Below, piece by piece: positions 51,199 to 61,963 of a stretch of 64,000 nt of DNA (the stretch's first letter is position 1; each line of letters opens with the position of its first letter). The DNA is from Spartinivicinus poritis (GTDB lineage Bacteria; Pseudomonadota; Gammaproteobacteria; Pseudomonadales; Zooshikellaceae), in NCBI RefSeq assembly GCF_028858535.1, contig NZ_JAPMOU010000004.1, positions 149,473 through 213,472 on the forward strand. The letters run 5' to 3'. Below the pieces are notes generated by a model that was given only the letters and a program-made list of their open reading frames with translations, made no database searches and was not told the origin of the DNA. The translations under genes were made by a program, and so were the position numbers.

Positions 51199-52023
51199 TT
51201 GTACAATAAATTAATTAGCTGGTATCGCTTATTGTATATCAAAAGTATTTTGTCAATTTTATCTTACAAGCCTTTAGCCTGGCTTAACTTAGTATTTCTA
51301 ACTACTTATATTCAGTACTTGCATGCAGCCGCTACTCCTTCTTGTCAGAAAACACCTTTGACGCTTGCGGCACCATTATCTCCTCCTTACCATACCAATA
51401 ACCAACAAGGCTTTATCGATAAATTTTTAAATTTAATTTTTTCAGAAATAGGTTGCAAAATAAAAGTTATTACGCTACCTGCCATGCGCACATTAAGCGA
51501 CACCAATAAAGGCAAACTCGATGGAAATTTTATGTTTTCAGATGAACTATATATTGATAAATACCCTAATTTAATAAGAATTGAACCCAGTTACTTTAGT
51601 TATTTTTTAGCTTTTACCGGGTTTGGTAATTTACCTAAATCAGATAAAGAAATTTCCATCTACAGACTAGCAACCATTAGAGGCATGTCATTACCTAAAC
51701 CCCTTGTAGATCATCAACATGTTTTTCTTGCTAAAGATCTCACTCAGTTAACCACCTTACTACGACGCAACCGAGTAGACGTAGCTATAATGCCAGTAGC
51801 TGTCGCCTACTTTTATAAACAACAAAGCTGTTTTAAGTCATTAAATATAACTGTTTATTCAGAGTTAAGTGTTAATTTATATATTTATTTACACAAACGA
51901 CATAGTAACATCAAAGCTCCTCTCAGCAATAGCGTGCGCCGGCTTAAACGAAGCAAGCAATACCAGCAGCTTTTACAAACAGCTATCAGAAAAGGGTTAG
52001 ATATTCCGTTACCAACATGCTAA
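51199..52023 (+). CDS. solute-binding (family 3-like) domain protein, orphan paralog (start uncertain)
   Basis: 274-aa ORF. The central region aligns loosely with the other three orphan SBP-like proteins. The N-terminal 45 aa are atypical. Confidence 0.45.
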   Translation: MYNKLISWYRLLYIKSILSILSYKPLAWLNLVFLTTYIQYLHAAATPSCQKTPLTLAAPLSPPYHTNNQQGFIDKFLNLIFSEIGCKIKVITLPAMRTLSDTNKGKLDGNFMFSDELYIDKYPNLIRIEPSYFSYFLAFTGFGNLPKSDKEISIYRLATIRGMSLPKPLVDHQHVFLAKDLTQLTTLLRRNRVDVAIMPVAVAYFYKQQSCFKSLNITVYSELSVNLYIYLHKRHSNIKAPLSNSVRRLKRSKQYQQLLQTAIRKGLDIPLPTC

Positions 52024-53487
52024 TCAGTGTCTGGGTAAAACCACCCTAACGATAAGCCCACACTCATGATGGTTATCAAGTAGCAGCTCACCACCATGGG
52101 CCTTCACTATGCTTCTTGCGATACCTAAACCTAAACCAGTACCACCTGTATTGCGATTACGGGATTTTTCTATACGATAATAAGGTTCAAAAACCTGTTC
52201 CAGCTCTTCTTCAGAAATACCAGGCCCATAATCACGAATAATTATTTTAATTTCATCGACATCATCTTCTAAATTTACCTCTGCTCGTTCGCCGTAGAAA
52301 ATAGCATTATCAATCAAGTTTGTTAAACAACGTTTAAGGGCCAACGGTTTTCCCATATAAGGTTTTTTAATTTCACCATAAATTTTAATGGTGTGACCAG
52401 CCTCTTCTACATCTCTTTTTAGTTTATTAATAATATCCATTAAATTTGTTGGTGACTGAGGCTCATCAAGCTCCGTATCTTTAGCACATTGTAAAGCGCC
52501 TTTAACCATTATTTCTAACTCTTCCAAGTCGGTAACAAACTTTTCTCTGCTGGTTTCTTCTTCCAGCATTTCTGCTCTTAGCCGCAACCGGGTGATCGGG
52601 GTCTTCAAGTCATGAGAAATAGCAGCGAATAACCGAGCCCGGTCATCTATATAGCGTTTCAGCCGTTGCTGCATTGCATTAAACGTTCGTGCAGTGGCAA
52701 TCATTTCCTTACTGCCTTTTTCTGCAAGTGGAGGGTGATCTAAATCCCTGCCTAAATCATCTGCAGCTTTTGATAATCTAGCCAATGGCTCAGTCAGCCA
52801 GCGTACCGCAAAAAAAGAAATTAATAATACGCAAAGAATGGTCAGCCCTAAAAATAATACCCGTTCAAATGATATAAACTCAGTCTTAGCTAAAAAAGTT
52901 GGGTGAGGTATTAGTGCTGCAACATATAACCATTCTTTTTCTGCTAGTTTTATCTGGGTAACTAAAATTGGAGGTGATAATGGTTTAATCAGTAAACTAT
53001 GATGAGCCCAGCGAGGAGGTAAGTCGGTCAAATAGGTATTGTTATTAAAAACTTTTAGCTTTTCTGCCTCAGCAAACTGCACAATTATTCTTGGCTTGCC
53101 CCCCAGCTCTTTCCGTAAAATTGTATAAAACTGATCGACTACTATGTCATGTAAGTAACTATCTGCCAGATCGTCTACTAATATTTGTGCTTGATTGACA
53201 CTAACAAAAAAGCGCGTGCCTCCCATATTACGTAATTGATCGAGCACAATATGTCGATATTGATGGGGCAATGACTGGAAAAACTTTACCGTAGAAGCCA
53301 CACCATAAGCCATATGATTCGCCATATTAGTGACACTGGCTTCTTCTGCCCGGCGAGCCTGGGTAATCCATACAACGCTGCTGATTACCTGGGCCAGCAA
53401 AACCCCCAGCAACAGCACAACCACCAATCGCCAGCGTAACGATCCAGGCCAAAGCTTCTGTTTACTAAGTTTAGAAGTCCACTTCAT
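52024..53487 (-). CDS. gtrS: sensor histidine kinase (GtrS-like, EnvZ architecture: 2 TM + periplasmic loop, HAMP, HisKA, HATPase_c)
   Basis: 487 aa. H-box AAISHDLKTPITRLRL. N, G1 and G2 boxes present. Located upstream of the gts operon, as in Pseudomonas. Confidence 0.8.
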   Translation of the reverse strand: MKWTSKLSKQKLWPGSLRWRLVVVLLLGVLLAQVISSVVWITQARRAEEASVTNMANHMAYGVASTVKFFQSLPHQYRHIVLDQLRNMGGTRFFVSVNQAQILVDDLADSYLHDIVVDQFYTILRKELGGKPRIIVQFAEAEKLKVFNNNTYLTDLPPRWAHHSLLIKPLSPPILVTQIKLAEKEWLYVAALIPHPTFLAKTEFISFERVLFLGLTILCVLLISFFAVRWLTEPLARLSKAADDLGRDLDHPPLAEKGSKEMIATARTFNAMQQRLKRYIDDRARLFAAISHDLKTPITRLRLRAEMLEEETSREKFVTDLEELEIMVKGALQCAKDTELDEPQSPTNLMDIINKLKRDVEEAGHTIKIYGEIKKPYMGKPLALKRCLTNLIDNAIFYGERAEVNLEDDVDEIKIIIRDYGPGISEEELEQVFEPYYRIEKSRNRNTGGTGLGLGIARSIVKAHGGELLLDNHHECGLIVRVVLPRH

Positions 53488-54208
53488 CTTGCTGAGCGAC
53501 AGGTACTGCTAGTACATAGCCAACTCCCCTGACTGTTTTAATAATCTGGGGGTTCTTACCATCATCACCTAAACGATGACGCAGCCGGCTGATATGCACA
53601 TCAATAGAACGATCAAATGGGCTAGCTTCTCGCCCTCGGGTTAAATCGGAAATTTCATCTCGTTTTAAAATAGTTTGCGGGCGCTCTAAAAATAGCATCA
53701 ATAAAGCAAAGTCAGCACCTGATAAGGTTACTTCATTGCCATTATCATCAACAAGTTTTCGGGCCGTTGAGTCTAATACCCAGTTTGAGAAACAAAAGAA
53801 ACGTTTGGCAGTAACTGCCTCCTGCTGCCTGTCTGACTGCCCTGTTCTTCGTAAGATTGCTTTAATTCTGGCCAATAGTTCACGAGGGTTAAAAGGCTTA
53901 GCCATATAGTCATCAGCCCCCATTTCTAAACCCACAATACTATCGGTTTCATCTGAGCTGGCAGTTAACATAATGATTGGCACATCCGACAATTGACGAA
54001 TTTTTTGACAAAGTGAAAACCCGTCTTCACCAGGCAGCATGATATCCAGTAAAATTAAATCGACCGGCTGAAGAGGGAATAAGCGAAATAACTCTGTTCC
54101 ATCACCTGCTTGAAGTACTTGAAAACCATTTTTCGCCAGATAATCATGGAGCAACTGTCGAAGCTCAATATCATCATCGACAACTAAAATTTTTTTTTCA
54201 TTATACAT
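53471..54208 (-). CDS. gltR: OmpR-family response regulator (GltR-like)
   Basis: 245 aa. REC domain (ILVVDDD...LDIMLPGEDG) and a winged-helix trans_reg_C. Overlaps the kinase gene by 17 nt. Confidence 0.85.
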   Translation of the reverse strand: MYNEKKILVVDDDIELRQLLHDYLAKNGFQVLQAGDGTELFRLFPLQPVDLILLDIMLPGEDGFSLCQKIRQLSDVPIIMLTASSDETDSIVGLEMGADDYMAKPFNPRELLARIKAILRRTGQSDRQQEAVTAKRFFCFSNWVLDSTARKLVDDNGNEVTLSGADFALLMLFLERPQTILKRDEISDLTRGREASPFDRSIDVHISRLRHRLGDDGKNPQIIKTVRGVGYVLAVPVAQQDEVDF

Positions 54209-54301
54209 GCAGTGTTTAATTGCCCTCTATTACCAGCCATAACCACTTTTACTTTAGGGCAGAGACAGCAAACAATTATTAGAGGTGCCCTTTAGCATTA
54301 T

Positions 54302-54835
54302 TTACGACTGTATAACTATACCTAATGCGTAGGGTTTCACCAACCTACATGATGGAGGCGGAATTTTTGTGCTCTTTTCATGCTTTAGTCTTTCAACGTT
54401 CTCTCGAAGCTGCCAAATTTCCCGCTCTAGTTCCCGTATCCGCTGCTCTGTACGATAAGCACGCTCTCCCTGGTGCCAGGCCCGTAAAAACTCAGCCTCT
54501 TCCTCCTCAGAGCAAACACCAGAGTAACTATAGCCATGTCGCCCCAGATAGTAGCCATTAGCCGGACGACAATAATGGCGAACGCCTTCCTCACGACCTT
54601 GTTGATAACTAGTTAAGTCTGGAACAACCCCATACTCTGCACAAGCTTTGCGGTGCTCTGCAACAAAGCCTGGTAATCGCCCTTTAGTACCATCTTCATA
54701 ACCAATAGTCTGCCAGTTAGCAGACAAACACTCTTCCCGGCTTAGTGTGGCACAACCATTCAACCCAACAATAGCAAGTCCTATCAAGGCCCAACGCCAC
54801 AAAGGCGTTATTTTTGTTGCAATTCTGACCACCAC
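54302..54835 (-). CDS. lipoprotein (DUF2799-like, Cys-rich periplasmic domain)
   Basis: 177 aa. Lipobox LNGCAT. Conserved Cys pairs and a coiled-coil C-terminus. Confidence 0.55.
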   Translation of the reverse strand: MVVRIATKITPLWRWALIGLAIVGLNGCATLSREECLSANWQTIGYEDGTKGRLPGFVAEHRKACAEYGVVPDLTSYQQGREEGVRHYCRPANGYYLGRHGYSYSGVCSEEEEAEFLRAWHQGERAYRTEQRIRELEREIWQLRENVERLKHEKSTKIPPPSCRLVKPYALGIVIQS

Positions 54836-55054
54836 TTGCTTACCTGCCTAACCCACTTTACCCTTTTTACATTATACAACTTGTCTCCCTTCTACGTGCT
54901 ATCAAGTTGCTGGCTATCAAACTAACGGTTATCAATATACAAGCTGTTCTATATTGAACTTTGAGTCATATAGCGTAATCTTTTAAATACTACCTAAGTA
55001 GTTTATCTGTTCAAGTAGCCAGTAACCTTGATATAAGAGTAATACACAAACCCA

Positions 55055-55744
55055 ATGAAGCGATATTATAAACCAGCTGTAGCCCTTCTGTTAGCTTGCA
55101 TTTTTACCTTGACCAGTTGCTCAAACCAACCTTTCCAAATTGAAAATCTTGCAAAAACAGACACTGATTTAGTAGCTGATTCAGTTCGACAAAACATGAA
55201 CAAGCTACTTAAGCGATTATTAATTAAGCTTTATAAGCGTAACCCTGCTGAGCTAGCTAAGAATCCAAATCAAACCATTAAAACACGCACTGAGCAATTG
55301 TTTAATAATGCAAGCCTGAAACGCTATCCAGAGCTTTCGGGCAAACAGGCTATCGACGCCATGCTATTGGCATTTGATGATCATTTTCATGGTGATCGAG
55401 TATTTGCTTTGATGGCAGGCTTAACCGACATGATCAAACAGTCTTATAATTATCGTAACGAGTTTTTTGTATTAGATGAGCTAGACCAGCAAAAACTTTA
55501 CAATAGCGCAAGGAATATGGAAGTATTGGCTTGGCGATTAAACAATCGACTAAATGCCCAAGGAAAGCCTTATCTACTCACCAATGCGACTAAAACTCAA
55601 TCACTCAATCTAAGTTTTGAACGGCTATTTGGAAAAATGATCGCTTTACAAGATATGATGGCCATGATTATTGCCGATAAAACCAACAGGACAATTAATT
55701 TTATAGTTAGAGGGGTAGCAACTGGAACATTTATACCCATTTAA
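55055..55744 (+). CDS. lipoprotein (hypothetical)
   Basis: 229 aa. Lipobox FTLTSCSN. Confidence 0.55.
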   Translation: MKRYYKPAVALLLACIFTLTSCSNQPFQIENLAKTDTDLVADSVRQNMNKLLKRLLIKLYKRNPAELAKNPNQTIKTRTEQLFNNASLKRYPELSGKQAIDAMLLAFDDHFHGDRVFALMAGLTDMIKQSYNYRNEFFVLDELDQQKLYNSARNMEVLAWRLNNRLNAQGKPYLLTNATKTQSLNLSFERLFGKMIALQDMMAMIIADKTNRTINFIVRGVATGTFIPI

Positions 55745-55999
55745 TAAAACTACACTACTAATAAGCTTGCTATTATTCAAGCTCATCACTAATTTAAATT
55801 GGTAGCAAGAAACATCTCTTCCAATATGAAGCTATTCATAATTTAAATAAAGTATTAGTAATTATAGTGATAATAACTAAGCTATAGCAATTCGCTAATA
55901 GTTAATTATAAATTATTTCATTCATTTTTTTGGTTAAAGCCCCCTGATTAAGCTAGGATTGAAACGTCAGCTGCCTGCACATGAAAGGAGCCTCGTAGC

Positions 56000-56293
56000 A
56001 TGTATCTCAGGAAAATAAAGTCTCACCATTTACCTATTCATGAGCTCAACATCATTTCCCATGAAGGGGATATATACATAGCAGAAGTTCGTATCCATGA
56101 TCATATCAGCGTCATTCGAGACGAAATAACAGACCAGCCAGTTATTTTTCATAGCGTTAACAGCGTGAAGGAATGCTTTCAGGGTATTAATATCGTTTGT
56201 ATGAATCTTGTTCACTATACCCCTTATGATGAAATGATAGGTAATGATACTGAATGTGCTGGAAAAATGGTTATACATTCAAATGTTGCATAA
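56000..56293 (+). CDS. hypothetical protein
   Basis: 97-aa ORF. AAGGAG sits 9 nt upstream of the ATG. Confidence 0.4.
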   Translation: MYLRKIKSHHLPIHELNIISHEGDIYIAEVRIHDHISVIRDEITDQPVIFHSVNSVKECFQGINIVCMNLVHYTPYDEMIGNDTECAGKMVIHSNVA

Positions 56294-56541
56294 CCACTGG
56301 CCTAAAAATTGCCGTGACTTTATCTCTAATTGTTAACGCCACTCATCTATTATTCATAGCCCCATGGGTGCAAATCTGTTACTGCAGTTGCTACCCTAGC
56401 TGATCAAAAATGCTACTGGGGCTCATCACTCAGTCGTCTAACCCAAAATTCTTTTACATTGGGTATACTATTTTCATTTCCCTTAGAATATCTTAATATT
56501 CACTATTAATTAAAATATAAGTTGCTTTTTACTTATCGGTT

Positions 56542-57312
56542 TTAGTCCTCCCCAAGAAACCTCTCGACAACCCGGCAGAATAGCTCTGGTTTTTCTGCAT
56601 GCAGCCAATGGCCTGTATTTGGAATTTCCCTCACTTGAGCATTAGGGAACATTGCTATAATTTCATTTCTATGTTTTGGTAATAAATAGTCTGAGTTTCC
56701 TCCCTTAATAAACAATACATCTCCATTATATGGTTTATCAAAGGTTTGCCCATCAATAATATTTTCATACTGATTATGTAAGGCAGCTAAATTCATTCGC
56801 CAGGTAAAACCCGCTTCAGTGCTTTTAACCAGGTTTTTTAATAAAAAGCTTCTTACTGGTAATTCTTTAATGTGCTGCTGTAAAATTTTATCTGCTTCAA
56901 TACGAGATTTTATAGCTTTTGGGTTAATCGCCTGCAGCCCTGCAAATACATCATTATGCCTGGCACTATATTTAATTGGTGCAATATCAGCTACTATCAA
57001 CTTATTTACATACTGTGGATTGTTTAAGGCAAGCTGCATTACAGCTTTTCCACCCATAGAATGTCCTAATAAATGTGCCGCCTTAATTCCATGCTCGTCC
57101 ATAAAGTGAGCAACATCACCTGCCATTAACTGATGATCCATTCTATCTGAATGAGGTGAACGGCCATGATTTCTCATATCAAGAGAATAAACCATAAACT
57201 TTTCAGCTAAAATTTTGGCAATACCTCCTAGGTTTTCCAGCGAACCGAATAACCCATGCACCAATATTAAAGGTTCACCAACGCCCAATACTTTATGATG
57301 TAGTTTCAACAT
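56542..57312 (-). CDS. alpha/beta hydrolase (YbfF-like esterase)
   Basis: Start at the internal MLKLHH. HGLFGS oxyanion region, GHSMGG nucleophile elbow, and catalytic His near the C-terminus (GHWLHAE). Confidence 0.8.
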   Translation of the reverse strand: MLKLHHKVLGVGEPLILVHGLFGSLENLGGIAKILAEKFMVYSLDMRNHGRSPHSDRMDHQLMAGDVAHFMDEHGIKAAHLLGHSMGGKAVMQLALNNPQYVNKLIVADIAPIKYSARHNDVFAGLQAINPKAIKSRIEADKILQQHIKELPVRSFLLKNLVKSTEAGFTWRMNLAALHNQYENIIDGQTFDKPYNGDVLFIKGGNSDYLLPKHRNEIIAMFPNAQVREIPNTGHWLHAEKPELFCRVVERFLGED

Positions 57313-57582
57313 AGTTATTTCACTGCAGCAACATAGTACCAATCAATCATTATGATGTGATTATAATAGAATTTCGGTTATATTAAAATACACTTTTAAT
57401 TTTATTTCATTATACCTGCAAGCAATTAAAACTATTTTTTAAAAAATAAAGTAAGAACCAGTAGATTGTAGAAATTATAAATTTAATCTGAACTATCCGA
57501 AAAACTGTATTAGTATAATACTATACTCTACTTATTGGGTATAACAAAAAGGAACTTTGTACGAAAAAATAGTGGTAGCAAA

Positions 57583-58176
57583 ATGGAAATTTCTCCTTTT
57601 ATATTTTACGCCGGTATCGAAGCAATTACTGTTCTATTCTTTTCTTGCATATTTCTTGGCTTCCTGTTATTCAAGTTAAAAAAAATGCATGTCAACATAT
57701 TACATGCACTATACAATTATCAGCCTAGCAAAAGGGTTTCATTTATTGAGGTTTTCAAACATTTTAAAAATCACTCTCCAACAACAAAAATACATCAGCT
57801 TCTGTCAGTTTGTACTGAACAAGAGCAAACTATTAACATGATGAAATTACAACTAGAGAAGTTAAGTTACCAAACAGAACTTGATGAAGGGGGTCCACAA
57901 GAGTTAGTTACACAGCAGAATGAAGTTATCAGACAGCATGAGAATACTATTAACAAGCTACAACAAGAGCTTGAAAGCTCAAATTTAAAAGTCAGCGAAC
58001 TTCAAGCCTTATTAAGTAAAAACGACCTAATATCTGGCTCAGAAGAAGATCTTCGCTCTATTATCCAGCGATTCATTATCGAAATAAAAGAACTAATGAA
58101 CTGCATATATACTCTTGAAAAGGAAAATGATTCTTTAAAATCTAAGCTAGGTATGGACTCTTTTGAAATAAGCTAA
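57583..58176 (+). CDS. membrane-anchored coiled-coil protein (hypothetical)
   Basis: ATG at 57583 is preferred over the TTG at 57535. One TM helix, then a long heptad-rich region. Confidence 0.45.
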   Translation: MEISPFIFYAGIEAITVLFFSCIFLGFLLFKLKKMHVNILHALYNYQPSKRVSFIEVFKHFKNHSPTTKIHQLLSVCTEQEQTINMMKLQLEKLSYQTELDEGGPQELVTQQNEVIRQHENTINKLQQELESSNLKVSELQALLSKNDLISGSEEDLRSIIQRFIIEIKELMNCIYTLEKENDSLKSKLGMDSFEIS

Positions 58177-58640
58177 TTACCAAAAATAGATAGCTATATC
58201 AGTAGAGCCTCTTATACCTCAATGGCTTAGCCAACTCCAACCCAACACCTACTTACCGTAAATACTGCTATTAGAGTAAGGGGTATCAGCAGCTTCATAA
58301 GCATTTTCGCTTATTTATTTTTCTTCAAAAAAACACAAAATAACCGCTATAAATATTCACCGTTTTTGAAATCATAAATATGCGCTACAAACAAGCAGTG
58401 ACTAGTCTATGTTCCACGGCATACAGTGCCTGAGAATCAAGTAAGTTCTTATGTTGTAGTCATCACCACCTGAATTAAAACCATTTCACGGATTTGTAAT
58501 TTAAGGTGATTTATAGCTAATAGCTATCAAAAACTGTGAATTCAAGGTTTGAGTTTATCTCTACTTGGAACTATGTTCTATCGCCTGTTATCACCTAATT
58601 TTAGGTGAAAAAGGACGCCTTCTTTACAAAGGACAATCTC

Positions 58641-58874
58641 ATGAAAAAAGCGATCTTTTTTTTATTATTCACGGGTTTATCCATCGTGGGTTGCTCACAA
58701 AATACTATCAACAATGAATCCCTGTTCATTTCAGAAGTAGTCACAGAGGAAGCCGCTTCAACTTGCACAGAGTGGGCATTTGAAGACAAAGTACCATCAG
58801 ATGCTGTTAATAAATACGTGAATGAGTGTGTTGCCTATTTAATAGGTGAGCGTGACGAGCCAGCCTATTTATGA
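58641..58874 (+). CDS. small lipoprotein (hypothetical)
   Basis: AAGGA sits 7 nt before the ATG. MKKAIFFLLFTGLSIVGCSQ lipobox. 77 aa. Confidence 0.4.
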   Translation: MKKAIFFLLFTGLSIVGCSQNTINNESLFISEVVTEEAASTCTEWAFEDKVPSDAVNKYVNECVAYLIGERDEPAYL

Positions 58875-59029
58875 TCCTAGATATCAATAGCTTAATTAGA
58901 GTAACTGTAGCAGTGACTTTGGATTGCTAGTTAATCCCACCACTACTGCTACTGCTACTCTGATTATGTTTATTGATACTTTATTAGATTATCACAAATA
59001 CGATCTAACTCTATCTATAGCCACTTCCA

Positions 59030-59863
59030 TTATACAGCAACCGCAGCTTTAATATGCGGATGCGCCTGATAGCCAACTAGTTCAAAGTCATCGTAGCTAA
59101 ATGAAAATATATCAGTAACCTGTGGATTAACTTTCATTTTAGGTGACGGGAAGGGCTCCCTTGTCAACTGTTCTTCTGCTTGCTGTAAATGATTACTATA
59201 TAAATGAGCATCTCCTAACGTATGGACAAACTCTCCATATTCCAGGCCGCACACCTGAGCAATCATCATAGTGAGTAAACTATAAGAAGCAATATTAAAA
59301 GGAACACCCAGAAAAATATCAGCACTACGCTGATAAAGCTGACAAGATAGCTTGCCATTTGCTACATAAAACTGAAACAAGCAATGACAAGGAGGCAGTG
59401 CTTGCTTACCATTTGCAGCGTTTTCGCTGGGTTTAAGCCCTGTATCAGGGAGTACAGCAGGGTTCCAAGCACTAACCAGTAAACGGCGAGAGTCTGGATC
59501 ACGCTTAATGGCTTCTACCAGCTCAGCAATTTGATCAATCGTTTCTCCACTACTTCCCTCCCATGATCGCCACTGCTTTCCATAAACCGGGCCAAGTTCA
59601 CCTTCTGCAGTTGCCCATTCATCCCAAATTGAAACACCATGTTCTTTCAGGTATTTAATATTAGTATCACCACGTAGAAACCAAAGCAGCTCATGAATAA
59701 TTGATTTCAAGTGACACTTTTTTGTAGTGACTAAGGGGAACCCAGCAGCTAAATCAAAGCGCATTTGATATCCAAAAACGCTATAGGTACCTGTACCAGT
59801 TCGATCTGCTTTATAAACACCATGTTCTTTAACATGACGCATTAAATCTAAATACTGCTTCAT
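59030..59863 (-). CDS. thyA: thymidylate synthase
   Basis: 277 aa. [11 protein letters not shown]...TGTGT N-terminus and the catalytic Cys motif region (PCH). Confidence 0.95.
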   Translation of the reverse strand: MKQYLDLMRHVKEHGVYKADRTGTGTYSVFGYQMRFDLAAGFPLVTTKKCHLKSIIHELLWFLRGDTNIKYLKEHGVSIWDEWATAEGELGPVYGKQWRSWEGSSGETIDQIAELVEAIKRDPDSRRLLVSAWNPAVLPDTGLKPSENAANGKQALPPCHCLFQFYVANGKLSCQLYQRSADIFLGVPFNIASYSLLTMMIAQVCGLEYGEFVHTLGDAHLYSNHLQQAEEQLTREPFPSPKMKVNPQVTDIFSFSYDDFELVGYQAHPHIKAAVAV

Positions 59864-59952
59864 ATTGTTTTACAAATAGCCAGTGCTTTTGAAAGTTATC
59901 TAGAAAAAGTCTTGGGTCTGTTAATATTTCTAAGCTCAAGCATCAATGGACT

Positions 59953-60795
59953 CTATGCTTTTGCTTTGTGCTTATCTAAAAAAGCTTGGTCATCACTATT
60001 GATCCCATTAATTAAAGGATAGCGCTGGTAAGCAAAAATGATAAAGGCCACCCCCAGGATAATCATAGGTAATGACAAGATTTGCCCCATAGTTAACCAA
60101 TCAAAAGCTATGTATTGGAGATGTTCATCAGGTAAGCGGACAAACTCAACTAACGACCGGAATAAGCCATAACCAAGCAAAAATACTCCTGATACAGCCA
60201 TTCTTGGACGAGGTTTTTGAGAAAACCAGTATAAAATCAAAAATAATACGACACCCTCTAGGGCAAACTCATACAGCTGGGATGGGTGCCTAGGTTCTAT
60301 GCCTACACTTGGAAAGATAACTCCCCAACTACCATCTGTTGGCTTACCATACAGCTCCCCGTTAATAAAATTACCTATTCGACCAGCCCCCAACCCTAAA
60401 GGTACTAGTGGGGCAATAAAGTCTGTCATTTGAAAGAAAGATTTATTAATTTTTCGGCCATAAAACAACATGGCTACCAGCACGCCTAGTAGCCCACCAT
60501 GGAAAGACATTCCCCCTTCCCACACTTTTAATAACATCCATGGTCTAGCAATAAAGTCGTCAAAATAATAAAACAACATCGAGCCTACACGACCACCGAT
60601 CACAACACCTAAAGCACCGTAGAAAATTAGGTCTGACACCTGGTCTTTATTCCATAGCCCTTGGGATTTTGCTGCCCGGCTATTAGCCAACCACCAGGCA
60701 AGCGCAAAGCCAACCAAATACATAAGGCCATACCAGTGTATCTGAACTGCCCCTAGATCCAGTGCAACCTTATCTATGTTATGGGTGTATACCAT
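59953..60795 (-). CDS. lgt: prolipoprotein diacylglyceryl transferase
   Basis: 280 aa. Lgt signature ([13 protein letters not shown]), multi-TM. thyA-lgt linkage as in enterics. Confidence 0.95.
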   Translation of the reverse strand: MVYTHNIDKVALDLGAVQIHWYGLMYLVGFALAWWLANSRAAKSQGLWNKDQVSDLIFYGALGVVIGGRVGSMLFYYFDDFIARPWMLLKVWEGGMSFHGGLLGVLVAMLFYGRKINKSFFQMTDFIAPLVPLGLGAGRIGNFINGELYGKPTDGSWGVIFPSVGIEPRHPSQLYEFALEGVVLFLILYWFSQKPRPRMAVSGVFLLGYGLFRSLVEFVRLPDEHLQYIAFDWLTMGQILSLPMIILGVAFIIFAYQRYPLINGINSDDQAFLDKHKAKA

Positions 60796-60959
60796 TATTT
60801 CATCCCATTAAATTAATTGAGCCAGTAGCCACGCAATAAAGCTGATACTCCTTGCGACAGATTCTTTGAATTGAGAAACAGGGTGTATGAGTGCTTAGCT
60901 ATCGTAAAAACTCTCAATATCAGTCTAAATCTTATACAAAAGCATAAAACATCAGCTGC

Positions 60960-61748
60960 TTAAAAAAACATCATATGCCCACCAACAGCGCACAATAGCA
61001 AGGCAAACAGTTGACGTACATAATTTGAAGGAAGCCTGTGTGCTAGCCATGCTCCCAGCTTGGCAAATATCACACTGGTTAAAATAATTCCTAACAAAGC
61101 AGGCAAGTATACATAACCAACAGCCAGATCGGGTAGTGCGGGATTCCCCCATCCTACCACAATATATGTACAAGCCCCGGCAATTGCGATAGGAAGGCCA
61201 CAAGCAGCAGAGGTCCCTATTGACTGCTTGACAGGCACTCCTTGCCAAGTGAGAAAAGGCACAGTCATTGTGCCACCACCAATCCCAAAAATGGCAGACA
61301 AAAAGCCGATTACACCACCACCACCACTTAATAATGGTTTATTGGTCTTTTCTCGCTGTTGGCCAGGAGACCAGTTTACCGCCATTTTTAAACCTACTAA
61401 TAATGCAAAAACTCCAAAAACCAGCTGCAGTTTATCTCCAGAGAGTGAAGCAGCAAAAAACACCCCTAAAATAGAGCCAATAATAATGCCCAAAGTCAGC
61501 CATTTCACCAGTAGCCAGTTAACAGCTTGTTTATCATGATGCGCTTTTACGGAACTTAGAGAAGTAATTACAATAGTTGCCAAAGAAGTGCCTATAGCTA
61601 AGTGAGTTAGCGTATCAGGTGCAAACTGTTGTAGTTCAAAGCATGCAATCAACACTGGTACAATAATTAACCCGCCACCTACCCCAAATAAGCCAGCAAG
61701 TGTGCCTGCTACCATTCCTACTAAGATATAAGACAAAAACAAACTCAT
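60960..61748 (-). CDS. TauE/SafE family sulfite exporter-like membrane protein (YfcA-like)
   Basis: 262 aa, 8 TM helices. Internal duplication with GGG..G motifs is typical of TauE/SafE. Confidence 0.8.
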   Translation of the reverse strand: MSLFLSYILVGMVAGTLAGLFGVGGGLIIVPVLIACFELQQFAPDTLTHLAIGTSLATIVITSLSSVKAHHDKQAVNWLLVKWLTLGIIIGSILGVFFAASLSGDKLQLVFGVFALLVGLKMAVNWSPGQQREKTNKPLLSGGGGVIGFLSAIFGIGGGTMTVPFLTWQGVPVKQSIGTSAACGLPIAIAGACTYIVVGWGNPALPDLAVGYVYLPALLGIILTSVIFAKLGAWLAHRLPSNYVRQLFALLLCAVGGHMMFF

Positions 61749-61963
61749 AAAATTATCTGCCAGGTATAGATAAACGTGTTTTCAGAATATTTTTTCATAC
61801 ATTGAACCTACAGGTATACAACGGGTCTTACTTATGCATAATTACTCACATGAATGAACGCTCAATAATACTAATAAAAACCCAAAATCGTTCAATTTTT
61901 AAACACTTTTATTTTTGGTCTTGCAAACTTGATCAAAAATTTAATTTTTGAAAGGTATTAATT

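Noticed and set aside
58925-58962. Short trinucleotide run CCACCACTACTGCTACTGCTACTCTG, checked as a possible CRISPR or microsatellite.
   Set aside because: Only ~3 imperfect units and no spacer/repeat architecture. No CRISPR arrays anywhere in the window.
60952-61248. 98-aa ORF in another frame over the 3' part of the TauE-family gene.
   Set aside because: Fully overlapped by the 262-aa multi-TM TauE/SafE ORF, which has clear family features.
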